Virus record (IMG/VR): IMGVR_UViG_3300008255_000099
Span: 1-64,000 of that record
DNA: 64,000 bases
From: a virus
Direction: 5' to 3' (one strand)
Part shown: one piece after another, positions 1-11,104 of the stretch
How positions within the stretch are numbered: the stretch's first letter is position 1
Layout: each line of letters starts with the position of its first letter
Position numbers and translations under genes: made by a program
Notes under the pieces: generated by a model
Told to the model about the DNA's origin: nothing
What the model saw: only the letters and a program-made list of their open reading frames with translations
Databases searched by the model: none

Positions 1-554
1 AATAAACTTTGCATCCCTTGATAAGTAAATGCACTTGTGGGATCAAAACTTGTTCCTACAACACCAAATTCTAGTTCGACTGGTTGATCACCTTCGTTGA
101 TATTAAGATTAAAATTATTTACTAAGCATCTAATAAAAGTTCCATGATAAGCAGACCCCAAAGAAAACCAAGGATGTTCTGCTAATAAATCTTCTCTTGG
201 TGAAATTAAATCTCCATCATCTTTAATTCCTGCATATGCTTGTCTCATATGATCAAACATTCTAGCAGTTGGATATTCTAATCCACCATAAATATTCCCA
301 GCTAAATCCATTTTTATCGTTCCCTCTATCCCAACTTTATCTGCAAAGAAAACATTTCTATCTGGGATTCCAGCAATCACATCAAGATCAACATTTGCTT
401 CTTGCTTTGGCATTAAATCATATTCTTTTGCTCTAATAATATGTTTTGCTGTAGAACTTGAGAAATCTGGTGAATCACTAAACTCATCTGAATAGATTAA
501 TATTTCAGAATAACCTAATTCTGCTACAAATTGTTCAGGGGTAATATATGACAT
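1..554 (-). CDS. Virion structural protein, possibly tail tube-like (runs off the window edge; not in ORF track)
   Basis: ATG at 554 after GGAG RBS; frame reads MSYITPEQFVAELGYSEILIYSD...CLVNNFNLNINEGDQPVELEFGV toward position 1; last gene of the structural operon. Tube identity is inferred from position and beta-rich composition. Confidence 0.45.
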   Translation of the reverse strand, partial: MSYITPEQFVAELGYSEILIYSDEFSDSPDFSSSTAKHIIRAKEYDLMPKQEANVDLDVIAGIPDRNVFFADKVGIEGTIKMDLAGNIYGGLEYPTARMFDHMRQAYAGIKDDGDLISPREDLLAEHPWFSLGSAYHGTFIRCLVNNFNLNINEGDQPVELEFGVVGTSFDPTSAFTYQGMQSL

Positions 555-563
555 AAAAACTCC

Positions 564-616
564 AAAAAGAAAAAGTCTATGGATAATCTAACTATCCATA
601 GACTTTTTCTTTTTTT
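564..616 (-). terminator. Intrinsic terminator (bidirectional-type hairpin)
   Basis: Inverted repeat AAAAAGAAAAAGTCTATGGATA / TATCCATAGACTTTTTCTTTTT with A/T tracts on both sides, between two genes. Confidence 0.7.
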
Positions 617-644
617 AAATCAAAATTACTCTAATTTGAACAAT

Positions 645-2765
645 TTATCTATTTCTAACTACAAACACATCTCCATTTGTTCCTGCGTCTCCACCTGATT
701 CGCCTTGGACAAATGCTGTACCAATGTATTTCTTGCCAGTTTGAGTCAAATTGTAGGTTGTCCCCTCTGCTGCCCCTGATGGCACAGCTTGAGCAATCTT
801 TTCAACAATGTAAACTCTCTCACCGGCTTGGTGCTCATAATTAACTGTTGCACCACAAACAGCAGTCTCTGCTGCTAAAACAATTCTGTTTCCAGAAACA
901 GTACCTTTCAGCAACTCGGATGAGGTGAAATCACTTAATGATCTAACAATAAAGATATAAATTGTACCAGTAAAACTAGCGTGAGATGCTATTGTTATTC
1001 TATCAACACCAGCATCGACATGATTGTCTAATGTTGTATACAAATTTCTAATAGCCATCACATTTATATCAATATCACCAGTACAAGCACCTTCATCAAC
1101 AGGAAGATAAAGTTCTAAATCAACACCAGTACTTAAATCAGCACACCATGTATCAGCAGAAACATAGGTTGCATCTGGGAAGGCTGCTGGTGTTGCATCG
1201 TTTGTGAACGTGCCGAAAGCAGCTTTGAGTTCTTCACTCTTATTAACTTTCCAGAACCTTCTAAAATCACGACCTGGATAAAGATCTATACTAGCGAGAT
1301 ATGTCTTAAATGTATATCCAGAAGCCAATGAAGTTACATGAGTTGATAAAGCATTAGATGTAGCAGAGAAATATCCAGCTACAGCAGAAGTTGTTGCATC
1401 AGCGGAGGCAACTAACAAACTGTCTTCTGTGGTGTTAACACCACCGAACAAATCTTCTACCTGATCGTCATCTTCTAATCCTACATATCCAACAATTTCT
1501 CTAACGTCTGTCAAAATAGAATTTGTTGCTGCTGTTCCCCAAGCTGCAACAGCGACCGCTGTTGAATCTGCATTATATGCTGAAAAAAGATCGCATTCAC
1601 AAATTTTAACATAAGGAGAACTAGGTGCTTCAACAGCTAGATAGTTTTTATTTGCTGCCAAAGCAGGAGCGTTTCCTGTCCCGACGAGAGAGCTTGCTTT
1701 CCCTGATTGCCACATTGACATAACACCAGAATATCTTACTTTCAAAAGGCTAATAAATCTACAAGCTGCAAGATAATCTGAGTCAACAGCGTTGATTGTT
1801 TTTGTCCAAGCAACACCAGCATTATCTGAAAAAGCCAAAGCATCATCACCAGCATCGTTACAAACAGTTCCATCGTCATAATGCCATGAATAAAGATTGG
1901 TTCCATCTATAACAGAAGCTGCACCGCCTTCTGGTGTCCCGATTCCAAGAACCAACCAATAATTTGCTCCACCAGTTAAAACAGTTGGGTTGTTAAAAAT
2001 AAAATCAATCCATCCACCGCCAGACGGTATGTCACTCGAACTAACTTTAAAACTTGTGGCAATAATTGCTGTCATATCTGGGAGAGTAACAGCATCATCA
2101 ACAACATAAGCATAAAGTCCAGTGTTGGGCGAACCAGTGACAGAAACATAAAGTTGGACTTTATCAAGATAAGTGTTAGCAGTTGGCGCTAAAAATGGTG
2201 CTGCAATATAGTCTGTTGTTCCATCTAAAGCAAAATCAGCATGTGTTGTATCATAAACCTCACCAGAAGCCATATCTTCTGAACCAGGATTAAAAGAGGT
2301 ATCAACAGGCTCATTTGAGATGTAAACCAATGCTTTTGCTCTTTGGTCTGCACTATCAATGTTCGCCCATCCTGTCGCACCAGCTATTGTTGTGATCGAA
2401 CCGCTGTCTATGCCTGCGCCATACCACCAAATTGCATTTAAAATAGTCCCAAAATCATAGACTGTATTTCTATCAATTGAGTGCTCAACACCTTCTAAAT
2501 AGAAAGATCCAGATTGGATAGTTAAATTATCGGTGTCATGGGAAAATGGGTATAAATCATAAACTGTTCCAGTTGAACTAATACTTGTAGCTTTTACACC
2601 ATCCTCGACATCTGCGCCGCCCCTAACAAAAACCTTGGCTTTATTTATTTCTGACAAACCACTGTCTGATTGATCTATTGCACCAAAACCCGTGCTTAAA
2701 GCAGCATAGGAATCATTTAAATGGTTCAACAATATTTCTAAATTAGTATCTGATATAATAGCCAT
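645..2765 (-). CDS. Virion structural protein (706 aa) with choice-of-anchor-R-like beta domain
   Basis: A/G/T/S/D-rich; segment YIAAPFLAPTANTYLDKVQLYV...GGGWIDFIFNNPTVLTGGANYWLVL resembles choice-of-anchor R domains; structural operon context. Confidence 0.55.
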   Translation of the reverse strand: MAIISDTNLEILLNHLNDSYAALSTGFGAIDQSDSGLSEINKAKVFVRGGADVEDGVKATSISSTGTVYDLYPFSHDTDNLTIQSGSFYLEGVEHSIDRNTVYDFGTILNAIWWYGAGIDSGSITTIAGATGWANIDSADQRAKALVYISNEPVDTSFNPGSEDMASGEVYDTTHADFALDGTTDYIAAPFLAPTANTYLDKVQLYVSVTGSPNTGLYAYVVDDAVTLPDMTAIIATSFKVSSSDIPSGGGWIDFIFNNPTVLTGGANYWLVLGIGTPEGGAASVIDGTNLYSWHYDDGTVCNDAGDDALAFSDNAGVAWTKTINAVDSDYLAACRFISLLKVRYSGVMSMWQSGKASSLVGTGNAPALAANKNYLAVEAPSSPYVKICECDLFSAYNADSTAVAVAAWGTAATNSILTDVREIVGYVGLEDDDQVEDLFGGVNTTEDSLLVASADATTSAVAGYFSATSNALSTHVTSLASGYTFKTYLASIDLYPGRDFRRFWKVNKSEELKAAFGTFTNDATPAAFPDATYVSADTWCADLSTGVDLELYLPVDEGACTGDIDINVMAIRNLYTTLDNHVDAGVDRITIASHASFTGTIYIFIVRSLSDFTSSELLKGTVSGNRIVLAAETAVCGATVNYEHQAGERVYIVEKIAQAVPSGAAEGTTYNLTQTGKKYIGTAFVQGESGGDAGTNGDVFVVRNR

Positions 2766-2850
2766 TTTTTCCTCCGTAATTAGAATTGTTTTTAAAAATC
2801 TAATGTATCTTTTAAAGAATTATCGGAATTGCAACAAACTTCCTTCTTTG

Positions 2851-4863
2851 TTAAGAAATATTTTGGACAAATGCTGTATCTTGAGCACTCCAATTAATTC
2901 TTGATCCTATTTTAGTATATTGGGATGCATTAGAAATCAATTTAACTGACATATCAATTAATTCTACATAATCTTGACCACTATTGATTAAAAATGATGT
3001 TCCTGCAACTGTCCCCTTTGGAATTGTTTGTTCAATTATCTCTGTTGTATCATCTGGTTTTTTTAATGTCATAATTAAAATGAATCCGTTTTGTGTTGTA
3101 TTAGAAGTTGGATCTGGATTAACAAGAGCAGGATCTGTCAATTCTTCTGACAATCGATATAAATCATCACCATATAAACTTCCTGATGCATCTAAAACGG
3201 GGACTTTAACATAAAGAGAAGTCCCACTTGTATCTAAAATTGTTTTTTCTGTTAAAATAACTCCACGTTTTGTTGAAAGGCCAGAATAAGATCCATCATC
3301 TGTGAAATCTATATAATCAGTTCCATCAACTGAAACTCCATGGGTTGCAAAAGTGACTGAAGATTCTTCTGTTAATCTCAAATCAATTAGTGTCGAAAAG
3401 TTAGAATTTTTTCTATAAACATGATAATATTCAATTCCAGAAATATTTTCCCATCTCAAAGTGACTGTGTTATATGGTTTGCTGGTTGGGATTGAAATAC
3501 TTTCAAAAGTTGACAATGAGCTTTCACCATTCGATGAAATTGCAGTTACAGCATAACTCCAAACACCAGGAGATATTCCACCATCGCTTGAATTGCTTTT
3601 TTGAGTAGATGAAATTGAAGTTATTTCAGGGACTGTTTCAAAAGATCCATAAGCATTATCCATTAATCCCCCCGAAAAAATACCCATTGTTGTTAATAAT
3701 TGTTCTTCTTTTGCATAGTACCAAAGTTTTTTAAATCCATCTGAAAATTCAATTCTCTCAAAATCATTAAAAACAGGTCCATATTGATAATTAACAGATC
3801 TTTGAACTGGTCTATCATTCCAATATGAAGAAAACGATCCAGAAGTTTGATTTGTAGAATCTTCAAATGTTATTTGAGATAAATTGTTAATTATATCTAC
3901 TAATGTTTGATTAAATGAAATAATATTTTTAGTTTGTTCCATTTTACCTATAAAATCAAAAATCATTAATTTCTCATCATCTGTAAATGGAATACTAGAA
4001 GATTTATCACCAATAGTCCTAGCATCATAAATATCTAAGATATTTGTATCATTGGTTGAAGCAGAAACTTTTTCTGGTGTTAATGGTTTTTCGACTAAAA
4101 CTTTGGCTACCAAAACATAATTATCTGGAATTACAGGATAGTATTTAAAACTTGAAGCAAAACCACCGCTTTGATGTTCTGATGTAACAGGGGGACCATA
4201 AATTGGTGTAGCAAACAAAGATTTATAAAAGAAAACACCAGCCCCAGAAGAGTGAGAAGAAATTGGTGATTGATCATTATCATTATAATTAGAATCTATT
4301 ATCAACTCTTTATTCACCGTGTCAATGCTAGAAATAAGAATTTTTTCAGAATCGACATGGGCATAAGCGGGTGTGTCAATTGATGAGATTGCGAATGTGT
4401 CCTTGATTGGAATTCTTGTTTTATCTAATGTTTGTTGTGCAGATCCAGGCCCAATGTCTGCATCAATTTCCGTAACTACTATTTCAGATGATGCCTCTAT
4501 ATCATCAAAATAAAAACCAAGTAAAACACCATAGTGTCCATCAGAATCATAATTATATGTAAACAAAGTATCAACATAAACATCATGTTCAGAGACTCTA
4601 ACATATTCACTAGCTGAATTTATTAAATATCCCTCACCTATTGTTAGAATGTTGTCTGACCCAGATTTTTTAGAAACAATTAAATCAGTTGATTGTTTTA
4701 CAGTGTATGGAATATAATCATTATTTAAAAAACTTGCAATTCTTTGAAGTTTTAATTCATATCCTCCAAGTGAAATATCACTATCAAAAGTACTTTCCCA
4801 AGAAAGATAAATATTCCCAAGAATATCTGTTAAAGTTTGCATATTTTCGTTTGTTATAAACAT
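2851..4863 (-). CDS. Virion structural protein (670 aa) with FN3-like segment
   Basis: WSYAVTAISSNGES...TVTLRWENISGIEYYHVYRK is FN3/Ig-like; the N-terminus (MFITNENMQTLTDILGNIY) resembles that of 645..2765 (MAIISDTNLEILLNHLNDSY). Confidence 0.55.
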   Translation of the reverse strand: MFITNENMQTLTDILGNIYLSWESTFDSDISLGGYELKLQRIASFLNNDYIPYTVKQSTDLIVSKKSGSDNILTIGEGYLINSASEYVRVSEHDVYVDTLFTYNYDSDGHYGVLLGFYFDDIEASSEIVVTEIDADIGPGSAQQTLDKTRIPIKDTFAISSIDTPAYAHVDSEKILISSIDTVNKELIIDSNYNDNDQSPISSHSSGAGVFFYKSLFATPIYGPPVTSEHQSGGFASSFKYYPVIPDNYVLVAKVLVEKPLTPEKVSASTNDTNILDIYDARTIGDKSSSIPFTDDEKLMIFDFIGKMEQTKNIISFNQTLVDIINNLSQITFEDSTNQTSGSFSSYWNDRPVQRSVNYQYGPVFNDFERIEFSDGFKKLWYYAKEEQLLTTMGIFSGGLMDNAYGSFETVPEITSISSTQKSNSSDGGISPGVWSYAVTAISSNGESSLSTFESISIPTSKPYNTVTLRWENISGIEYYHVYRKNSNFSTLIDLRLTEESSVTFATHGVSVDGTDYIDFTDDGSYSGLSTKRGVILTEKTILDTSGTSLYVKVPVLDASGSLYGDDLYRLSEELTDPALVNPDPTSNTTQNGFILIMTLKKPDDTTEIIEQTIPKGTVAGTSFLINSGQDYVELIDMSVKLISNASQYTKIGSRINWSAQDTAFVQNIS

Positions 4864-4882
4864 TAGAACCTCGCTAATTTCT

Positions 4883-5983
4883 CTATTCTGCTAATTCATC
4901 AAACAAATCTTGCAATGTTGATGAAATTGTTTCTCCTTGATTCTCCCAATAAGTTATAAAATCTGGAGACCAATTCATATTATTGAAAATTATACTAAAA
5001 ATTTCCTTTGTCAACTCAACCATATTTAATTCTATATTATATTTACTAAAAAGAATTCCATCAAAAATAGTTTTTATAAAAGATAAAACTTCTAATTGTT
5101 TCCATCCGTAATAACCATAAATCTCTCTCATATCTATAATAAAATATTCATAAACATGATCAAGTCTATTTGATTCTGTTGTTTGTCTAATCCTCCAAAT
5201 AATTCTTGCAACATCAATCTGACTTGAAGCTGGCTGTGGGAAGAAATCAGAATTTAGGGCATTTCTTAAATAAATTTTGTCGTCGAAATTATCTGTTGTC
5301 ATTTCTTTCGTTTGATGTTGACGGATAAATTCTCCTGTTGAACCTTTCAGGATTTTATGCAAGAATTTCTTGCTTTCTATGTCAAAGAAAAGAGAAGAGT
5401 TGATAACACAATCTGTTTCGTTATCTGGTGGAAGAATTTGGGTTGAAACTGATTGCTGAAAAATTCTTTCTTCAGCAAAGATACTCTCTATAGCAAGAAT
5501 ATCAATAAATCTTTGTTGAATAACAGTTTCATGGACCAAGTTTGATTCGGAGTTATCAATTTCCCAAAAGTTTAATGAAAGACCAGAAAAATTTGTTCCA
5601 TAAATTTTATTTCCAAAAAACATAGATCCATCTGTCGCAATTGGAGGACCATTTGGCAAAGATTTATATTCTTGATTAATACAAACTGCGTTATAATTCA
5701 CAAAACCAGTTATCAATAAAAACTCATCAGTACGAGAGAAGACAAATGGGAACCAAGAAATTTGGCCATAAGGTGATTGAGACATCGGGGCGACTTTGTG
5801 ACCAAAAACAACCCCGTTTGTGTAAGCATCAGTGTCATAACCATAGACATAATCCATCAATCTTCGAAGTTGGTTGTAAAAATAGCTGTCATCTGTTTGA
5901 TCTGATGTTGATGAAGCAAGATTAAAAAGAGATTCTGCCTCTTTGATGAACAACCACCAATAATCATTTCTATCCTGAGACAT
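4883..5983 (-). CDS. Hypothetical protein in structural operon (366 aa)
   Basis: Long ORF with typical codon usage, overlapping the upstream gene stop. Confidence 0.7.
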   Translation of the reverse strand: MSQDRNDYWWLFIKEAESLFNLASSTSDQTDDSYFYNQLRRLMDYVYGYDTDAYTNGVVFGHKVAPMSQSPYGQISWFPFVFSRTDEFLLITGFVNYNAVCINQEYKSLPNGPPIATDGSMFFGNKIYGTNFSGLSLNFWEIDNSESNLVHETVIQQRFIDILAIESIFAEERIFQQSVSTQILPPDNETDCVINSSLFFDIESKKFLHKILKGSTGEFIRQHQTKEMTTDNFDDKIYLRNALNSDFFPQPASSQIDVARIIWRIRQTTESNRLDHVYEYFIIDMREIYGYYGWKQLEVLSFIKTIFDGILFSKYNIELNMVELTKEIFSIIFNNMNWSPDFITYWENQGETISSTLQDLFDELAE

Positions 5984-8900
5984 CTATTGACCCCCTTATA
6001 ATAAACGCATCTGTGTATGACATACCATCCCAATAATCACTTGGGAATTTTTCTGAACTAATTGACATATGATCTACACCTATGAATTTTTCAGAATCAA
6101 TCACGATAGGCCCTTTTGTCCCATAAAAACCAATAGCATCTTCGTTTGTCTTTAAAATAGCATATTTAGATCCAGAACTAGCAGTTCTTGTAGTTGTTGT
6201 ATATGTGATCGTATTTGATGTATTTGATTCAATTGAAATAATTGTGTTTGAAGCATCTCCATCAATTAACCAAAGATCTAATCCTGTAAAATCCTCATCT
6301 GTGTTTCCAACCGGATCCCATGTTTTTGATGTGTCTTGGATTGTTGTTGTCCCCGAAACAGTATCTGGGATCGGATTGTTTGTGATTGTCCCTGTCTCAA
6401 CAGCTTCGACCGTCGAAAGCAAAATTGCATAATGGTCACCAGCTTGTGGCTCAACATTAAATGCTGTCAACAACTCGACTTCATATTGATTGTCACCTGG
6501 GGAAGAATCAGAAGTAGAAGTGATATAAACAGAAGAACCTTGAAGTGTTGCTGCTTGACCATCCATAATCCAAAGTTCTTTTCTAACAAATTGATCAGTG
6601 GAAACAGTTGTCCATTGGCCCAGATAATCAGGATCGGATGAATTCAAAACATCTGACGACAAAGTTAAAACTCCACCAGAGTAATCAACAATTGTCCCAA
6701 AATCATGATTCTTTCCATAAATTATTTTATTAATAACTTTTCTTGTCCCATCTGATCTAACTAAACCAATTGTTAAGAATGTATTTGTAACAATTGGCAA
6801 ATAACTAATAGAACTTGTACTTATGTTTGCTTGTGGCAGAATAACTATTTGATCTGGGACCTCTAACTTATCTGTTGACCATGCCCAAAAACTATCTACT
6901 TTGTTAATTGTCCCAGCCCTAAAATTGTTTGATTTTGGGAAATCACCAACCCCAGCAACATTGAACCCTCCAAGCACTTTACTGTTATTGATCGGGATAC
7001 CTCTCATCCCAGGAGCCCAGCTATAAATAACCGTATTGCTTGGGTTAACATACCAACCGAAATTTTCTTTTAACCAAAGTTTTTTAAAATATTCAGAAGA
7101 ATCATTTGGATAAGGATCATATTCACCAGAAGCTCCTGTGATATAAAAAGAATCAGCATAAGCATTATTGTTCAATTCTAAATCATCACCAAACCAATCT
7201 GAATAACCAACAGTGTAAATATCGCTAATTGTATCAGCTAACATATAAATTCTATAAGAAGCATCATGGTTAGAATATTCTGGTAACTCCCAATCACTCA
7301 TAATAATTTTATATTCATCTTCAAATGATGAATAAAATCTATTTTCAGGATCATATGGATAAAAATTAACTAAATAAACAATTGTTCCAGAAGAATAAGA
7401 TTCTGTTAAAATGTTGATGTACCAAGTGTACTCTGGGTACTCTAATCCTGTGTTATCATATTCTGGATATTCATAATCAGAAAAAGATAAAGCCCATGCA
7501 GACATAGTTGAATCATAAGAAACATTTGTGATGTAATAAAGATCATTGTTTATAGATATAAAGAATGGTGTATCTGGGAAAGATGTTAAATCTTCCACAT
7601 AGACCACAGTGTCCCCCGAAGAAACATCTTGTGTCAAAAAGGTGAAGGTATTTGTGACCCCATATGAATATGTATTATCTTCTGCAAACCTCCAAACAAT
7701 TTTAGATTCTGAATTAAGATTATTATTTTTTTCTAATGTTGTCAAAACCATTGCATATCTTAACCCTTCTTGAAAATAAATCTCTTTGCTAAAATTAAAA
7801 TCAACCCAGTTACCATTTTGTGAATCGTCTAATTCGACATCATTTGAATTAACAAAATCACTAACAGAGATGATCTTATCTGGTCTGTTTGAAGCTAGTT
7901 CACAAATTGTTAAAACCAAATTTGTAGAAGATATTTCTCCAACACGATAAAGGTAAAGAGATATTTTATCTACTCTTCTAGCAACATTCAAAAAGTCTGG
8001 AGTAAATGTTTGTGCTAAAAATGAAACATTTCCATTTAAAGCAAAATCTATATCATTAAAAATTTCATGCCTATCCTGTCTTTTAACTAATGCATCTTCT
8101 GGGATATGAGAATTAATATAATCTTGTCGATTAGTTACAACTAAATCTTGATTAAAATTTTGATAAAACCATTGATTGTTTACTTTATAACCCCATCTTA
8201 CAGTTTCATCTGAATAGCCGAACAGATATGTATATTTTATTTCCCATGGGATAGTATTAAAAATACCAGTTTGTTTGTCGAAATTATATTTTGTTACTCC
8301 AAGCCATGTTTTACTGATTTTTTTATATTTATTTGTTAAAGTTCTTAAATCAGTATCATTCCAACCGATTGTATCAGCATAATCCGACATTTGTGTTCTA
8401 ATTTCTTGCCAAGCATCATAAGCTACTTTTCCACCCTCTTCAATATCGCTTGAATATTCTTCGTATAACAAATTAAAATATTCTTCTTTTGTATATCTAT
8501 TCTCATCACTTGGAGAAAAAACTTTCATATAGATTTTATAAGATCCACCATTTCTAGCATCTGGGATAATAGAAGCATCACCAAAATTCTTATATTCTTC
8601 AATTGAATTAATTGTAGTTGGAGTTATATATTGTTCAACAATTTCATTATTATCTATCTTTGTATTTAGATCAACATCTGAAATAAAATAATTAGCATTT
8701 GTTAAAAATATTTCTTTATCAACAGTATTATGATTTTTATCAACTAAAAACAATTTTAAGCTATAGTCCTGGTTCAAGACATTGGAATTGTTGTCGCTGG
8801 CTAGTGTTGCGGCATCTGCTGGTGGGAAATATATTTCTAATTGAGATTGGTTAATCATCTCTCGATCTTTTAGGATTAAACCTGTTTTAGTTGCATCGTC

Positions 8901-11087
8901 TCTATCTTGTTTTGTTGTTAGCCAATTAGATCTATCAAAAGAAGTTATTGAATCATCATAACTCCCATCGCCAGGATAATAACTAACAAACGATCTTGAA
9001 GTATCAATACCTCTTGAATATGCTGTTGCCCAATTTGTTTCATCTGAAAAATCAAAATGTTTCAAGTTGTGATTTTGAGGTGATTTCCAATAAACTAGAT
9101 TTATGTACCATGGTTCAAGACTATACATTTCCGATAGGACTTCAACAGTCAAGTTGCTATCGAAAGAAGCAACAGCATCATTTGAATCTAAAATTTTTCT
9201 TATTTCATCGACAATACCCATTTGTCCGCCTGTTGAATATTTCGAATGAGAATCTAAAATGTCAACAATCCCACTATTAGAATTTATAACTCCTGTTTGA
9301 GAAGCAATGAATGCCATATAACTTGAAAAAATTAGATTTGAGGCAATATACTTCGGTAGATTGCTATAATAATTTATCCATAAATCGACGATGTTTTTTG
9401 AAAGAACACCAGAAAATTCAACATTATCTATTCCCCTTGAAGAATAGCTATCTGTAAATTCTATGTAAAGTGGGAAAGCTCTTGGTGATTCGCCTGATCT
9501 GTTGACAGAAGTTTTTTGCCCAACAATTATTTTAATAAATGGCAAATATCCATCATCAAGTTCTGGATAATAATTGAATTCGTCTAATGTTTTAGGATAT
9601 TTATCAGGAAAGACATCTGGGCCTTTTTTAGTTTTATATTTAATTGAGACACCAGAATAGTTATATGTTAAGGTTGATTTGTCTATTTGCAATTGTGTAT
9701 TTTTAGATACCATAGACATATCGACTTCTGTTTTAACACCTATAATAATTCCACAAATTGTTTCAACATCAGGATAATTCCCATTTTCATCTCTGTGGTT
9801 GATGCTTAAAGCCTGATCATATCTAAGACCAATTCCAGATTGCGTTTGTCCATTAAAAATACCTGCACCACCATTGAATAACAAATAAGTTGAAATCATT
9901 TCTTCTGAGAATTCGCCATATTCAGTCCATGAGGTTTGATCAAAGTTGTAAAAGAATTCCAAAAGATTATAAAATTTAGGATCAAAGGGTTCATACAAAA
10001 ACATGTCATCTTCATTAGCTGAAAAATTAGTGAAATTTTTTGCTTTTAAAGTCGGATTTTGATTTTCATATTTAAGATAATCTGTTCTATTTTTAAAGAA
10101 CCAATTATAATGTTTACCTGTTGCAATTGTATAATCAAAAGCGAATTGATTATAAGGATCAGAGGGAGCAGGAGTGACCAGAGGATATTCTGTCATCTGA
10201 TTGGGGATGTCTGGACTACTCCAATATAAAGCGAAAACGATTAATTCATTTTGGGCAAAAGATAATCCCGTCTCTGTTGAATCCCCAACTTGAAAAATTA
10301 AATCAGTACCATCAATTGTTCTTGGTAGTTCAACAAACAAATCAGCAGACAAAGAAGTAACACTCCCGACAAAACCATTCATATCAGGACTAGCGCTTTG
10401 TGAAAAATTTTTCAATCTAAAAATTCTTATGTCATTAAAATCTCCACTTAATTTATCAAAAGAATTTTTAATTTGTTCAGAAATATCTATACTAAAAGTA
10501 TCGTCGTAAACAACACTTGTAGAAGAATCATTTCTGATAACAATCCATTCCCCACATGTAAAAACAGGAATTCTGGTAGTTTCATCAGCCCCTGTGGGAT
10601 AATCAAGCAAGGCATCATTCAAAGATGGATAACCATCCCAACTTGGATAAACACCTCTTGGGAACGTCGTTTCGTCAGTAAAAGTTTCCCAATAGTATGC
10701 AACATAAGGTGCGGAATGAAGATGCAAACTAGATCCAGCAAAAAAATCACCAGAAAAAACAGAAGATATTGGGTCTGGAATTTCAACAGAAATAATATCA
10801 TTGTTTATGAATCCATATGAGATGTTCTTATCATCAAGATATCTTAAAGATAATGGATGCCTAAATTTAGAAAGAGAATCCGAAGTTCCAGATGTTTCTT
10901 GAATTAAAATTTTATTATAGTAATCTATTGATCCAGTAAAAAAAAGAAGAAGATTATTAATATCATATTCAACTCCAAGATTATTGACATCATAGATATT
11001 TCCATCTGCATATTTTTTAAGCAAACTAAATAAATCACTAGAATAATTTTCTAGTTTTTGAATATCATTTCTTGAATATTGAGACAT
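5970..11087 (-). CDS. Large virion structural protein (1705 aa), baseplate/tail-associated; DUF2341-like and choice-of-anchor-R-like segments
   Basis: FDKLSGDFNDIRIF...ELPRTIDG..LIFQV resembles DUF2341; FLAQTFTP...VDKISLYLYRVG...GNWVDFNFSKEIYFQEGLRYAMVL resembles choice-of-anchor R; C-terminal T/S/D-rich repeats. Confidence 0.55.
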   Translation of the reverse strand: MSQYSRNDIQKLENYSSDLFSLLKKYADGNIYDVNNLGVEYDINNLLLFFTGSIDYYNKILIQETSGTSDSLSKFRHPLSLRYLDDKNISYGFINNDIISVEIPDPISSVFSGDFFAGSSLHLHSAPYVAYYWETFTDETTFPRGVYPSWDGYPSLNDALLDYPTGADETTRIPVFTCGEWIVIRNDSSTSVVYDDTFSIDISEQIKNSFDKLSGDFNDIRIFRLKNFSQSASPDMNGFVGSVTSLSADLFVELPRTIDGTDLIFQVGDSTETGLSFAQNELIVFALYWSSPDIPNQMTEYPLVTPAPSDPYNQFAFDYTIATGKHYNWFFKNRTDYLKYENQNPTLKAKNFTNFSANEDDMFLYEPFDPKFYNLLEFFYNFDQTSWTEYGEFSEEMISTYLLFNGGAGIFNGQTQSGIGLRYDQALSINHRDENGNYPDVETICGIIIGVKTEVDMSMVSKNTQLQIDKSTLTYNYSGVSIKYKTKKGPDVFPDKYPKTLDEFNYYPELDDGYLPFIKIIVGQKTSVNRSGESPRAFPLYIEFTDSYSSRGIDNVEFSGVLSKNIVDLWINYYSNLPKYIASNLIFSSYMAFIASQTGVINSNSGIVDILDSHSKYSTGGQMGIVDEIRKILDSNDAVASFDSNLTVEVLSEMYSLEPWYINLVYWKSPQNHNLKHFDFSDETNWATAYSRGIDTSRSFVSYYPGDGSYDDSITSFDRSNWLTTKQDRDDATKTGLILKDREMINQSQLEIYFPPADAATLASDNNSNVLNQDYSLKLFLVDKNHNTVDKEIFLTNANYFISDVDLNTKIDNNEIVEQYITPTTINSIEEYKNFGDASIIPDARNGGSYKIYMKVFSPSDENRYTKEEYFNLLYEEYSSDIEEGGKVAYDAWQEIRTQMSDYADTIGWNDTDLRTLTNKYKKISKTWLGVTKYNFDKQTGIFNTIPWEIKYTYLFGYSDETVRWGYKVNNQWFYQNFNQDLVVTNRQDYINSHIPEDALVKRQDRHEIFNDIDFALNGNVSFLAQTFTPDFLNVARRVDKISLYLYRVGEISSTNLVLTICELASNRPDKIISVSDFVNSNDVELDDSQNGNWVDFNFSKEIYFQEGLRYAMVLTTLEKNNNLNSESKIVWRFAEDNTYSYGVTNTFTFLTQDVSSGDTVVYVEDLTSFPDTPFFISINNDLYYITNVSYDSTMSAWALSFSDYEYPEYDNTGLEYPEYTWYINILTESYSSGTIVYLVNFYPYDPENRFYSSFEDEYKIIMSDWELPEYSNHDASYRIYMLADTISDIYTVGYSDWFGDDLELNNNAYADSFYITGASGEYDPYPNDSSEYFKKLWLKENFGWYVNPSNTVIYSWAPGMRGIPINNSKVLGGFNVAGVGDFPKSNNFRAGTINKVDSFWAWSTDKLEVPDQIVILPQANISTSSISYLPIVTNTFLTIGLVRSDGTRKVINKIIYGKNHDFGTIVDYSGGVLTLSSDVLNSSDPDYLGQWTTVSTDQFVRKELWIMDGQAATLQGSSVYITSTSDSSPGDNQYEVELLTAFNVEPQAGDHYAILLSTVEAVETGTITNNPIPDTVSGTTTIQDTSKTWDPVGNTDEDFTGLDLWLIDGDASNTIISIESNTSNTITYTTTTRTASSGSKYAILKTNEDAIGFYGTKGPIVIDSEKFIGVDHMSISSEKFPSDYWDGMSYTDAFIIRGSIDVSG

Positions 11088-11104
11088 GTTTTTCCTAACA
11101 ATTT

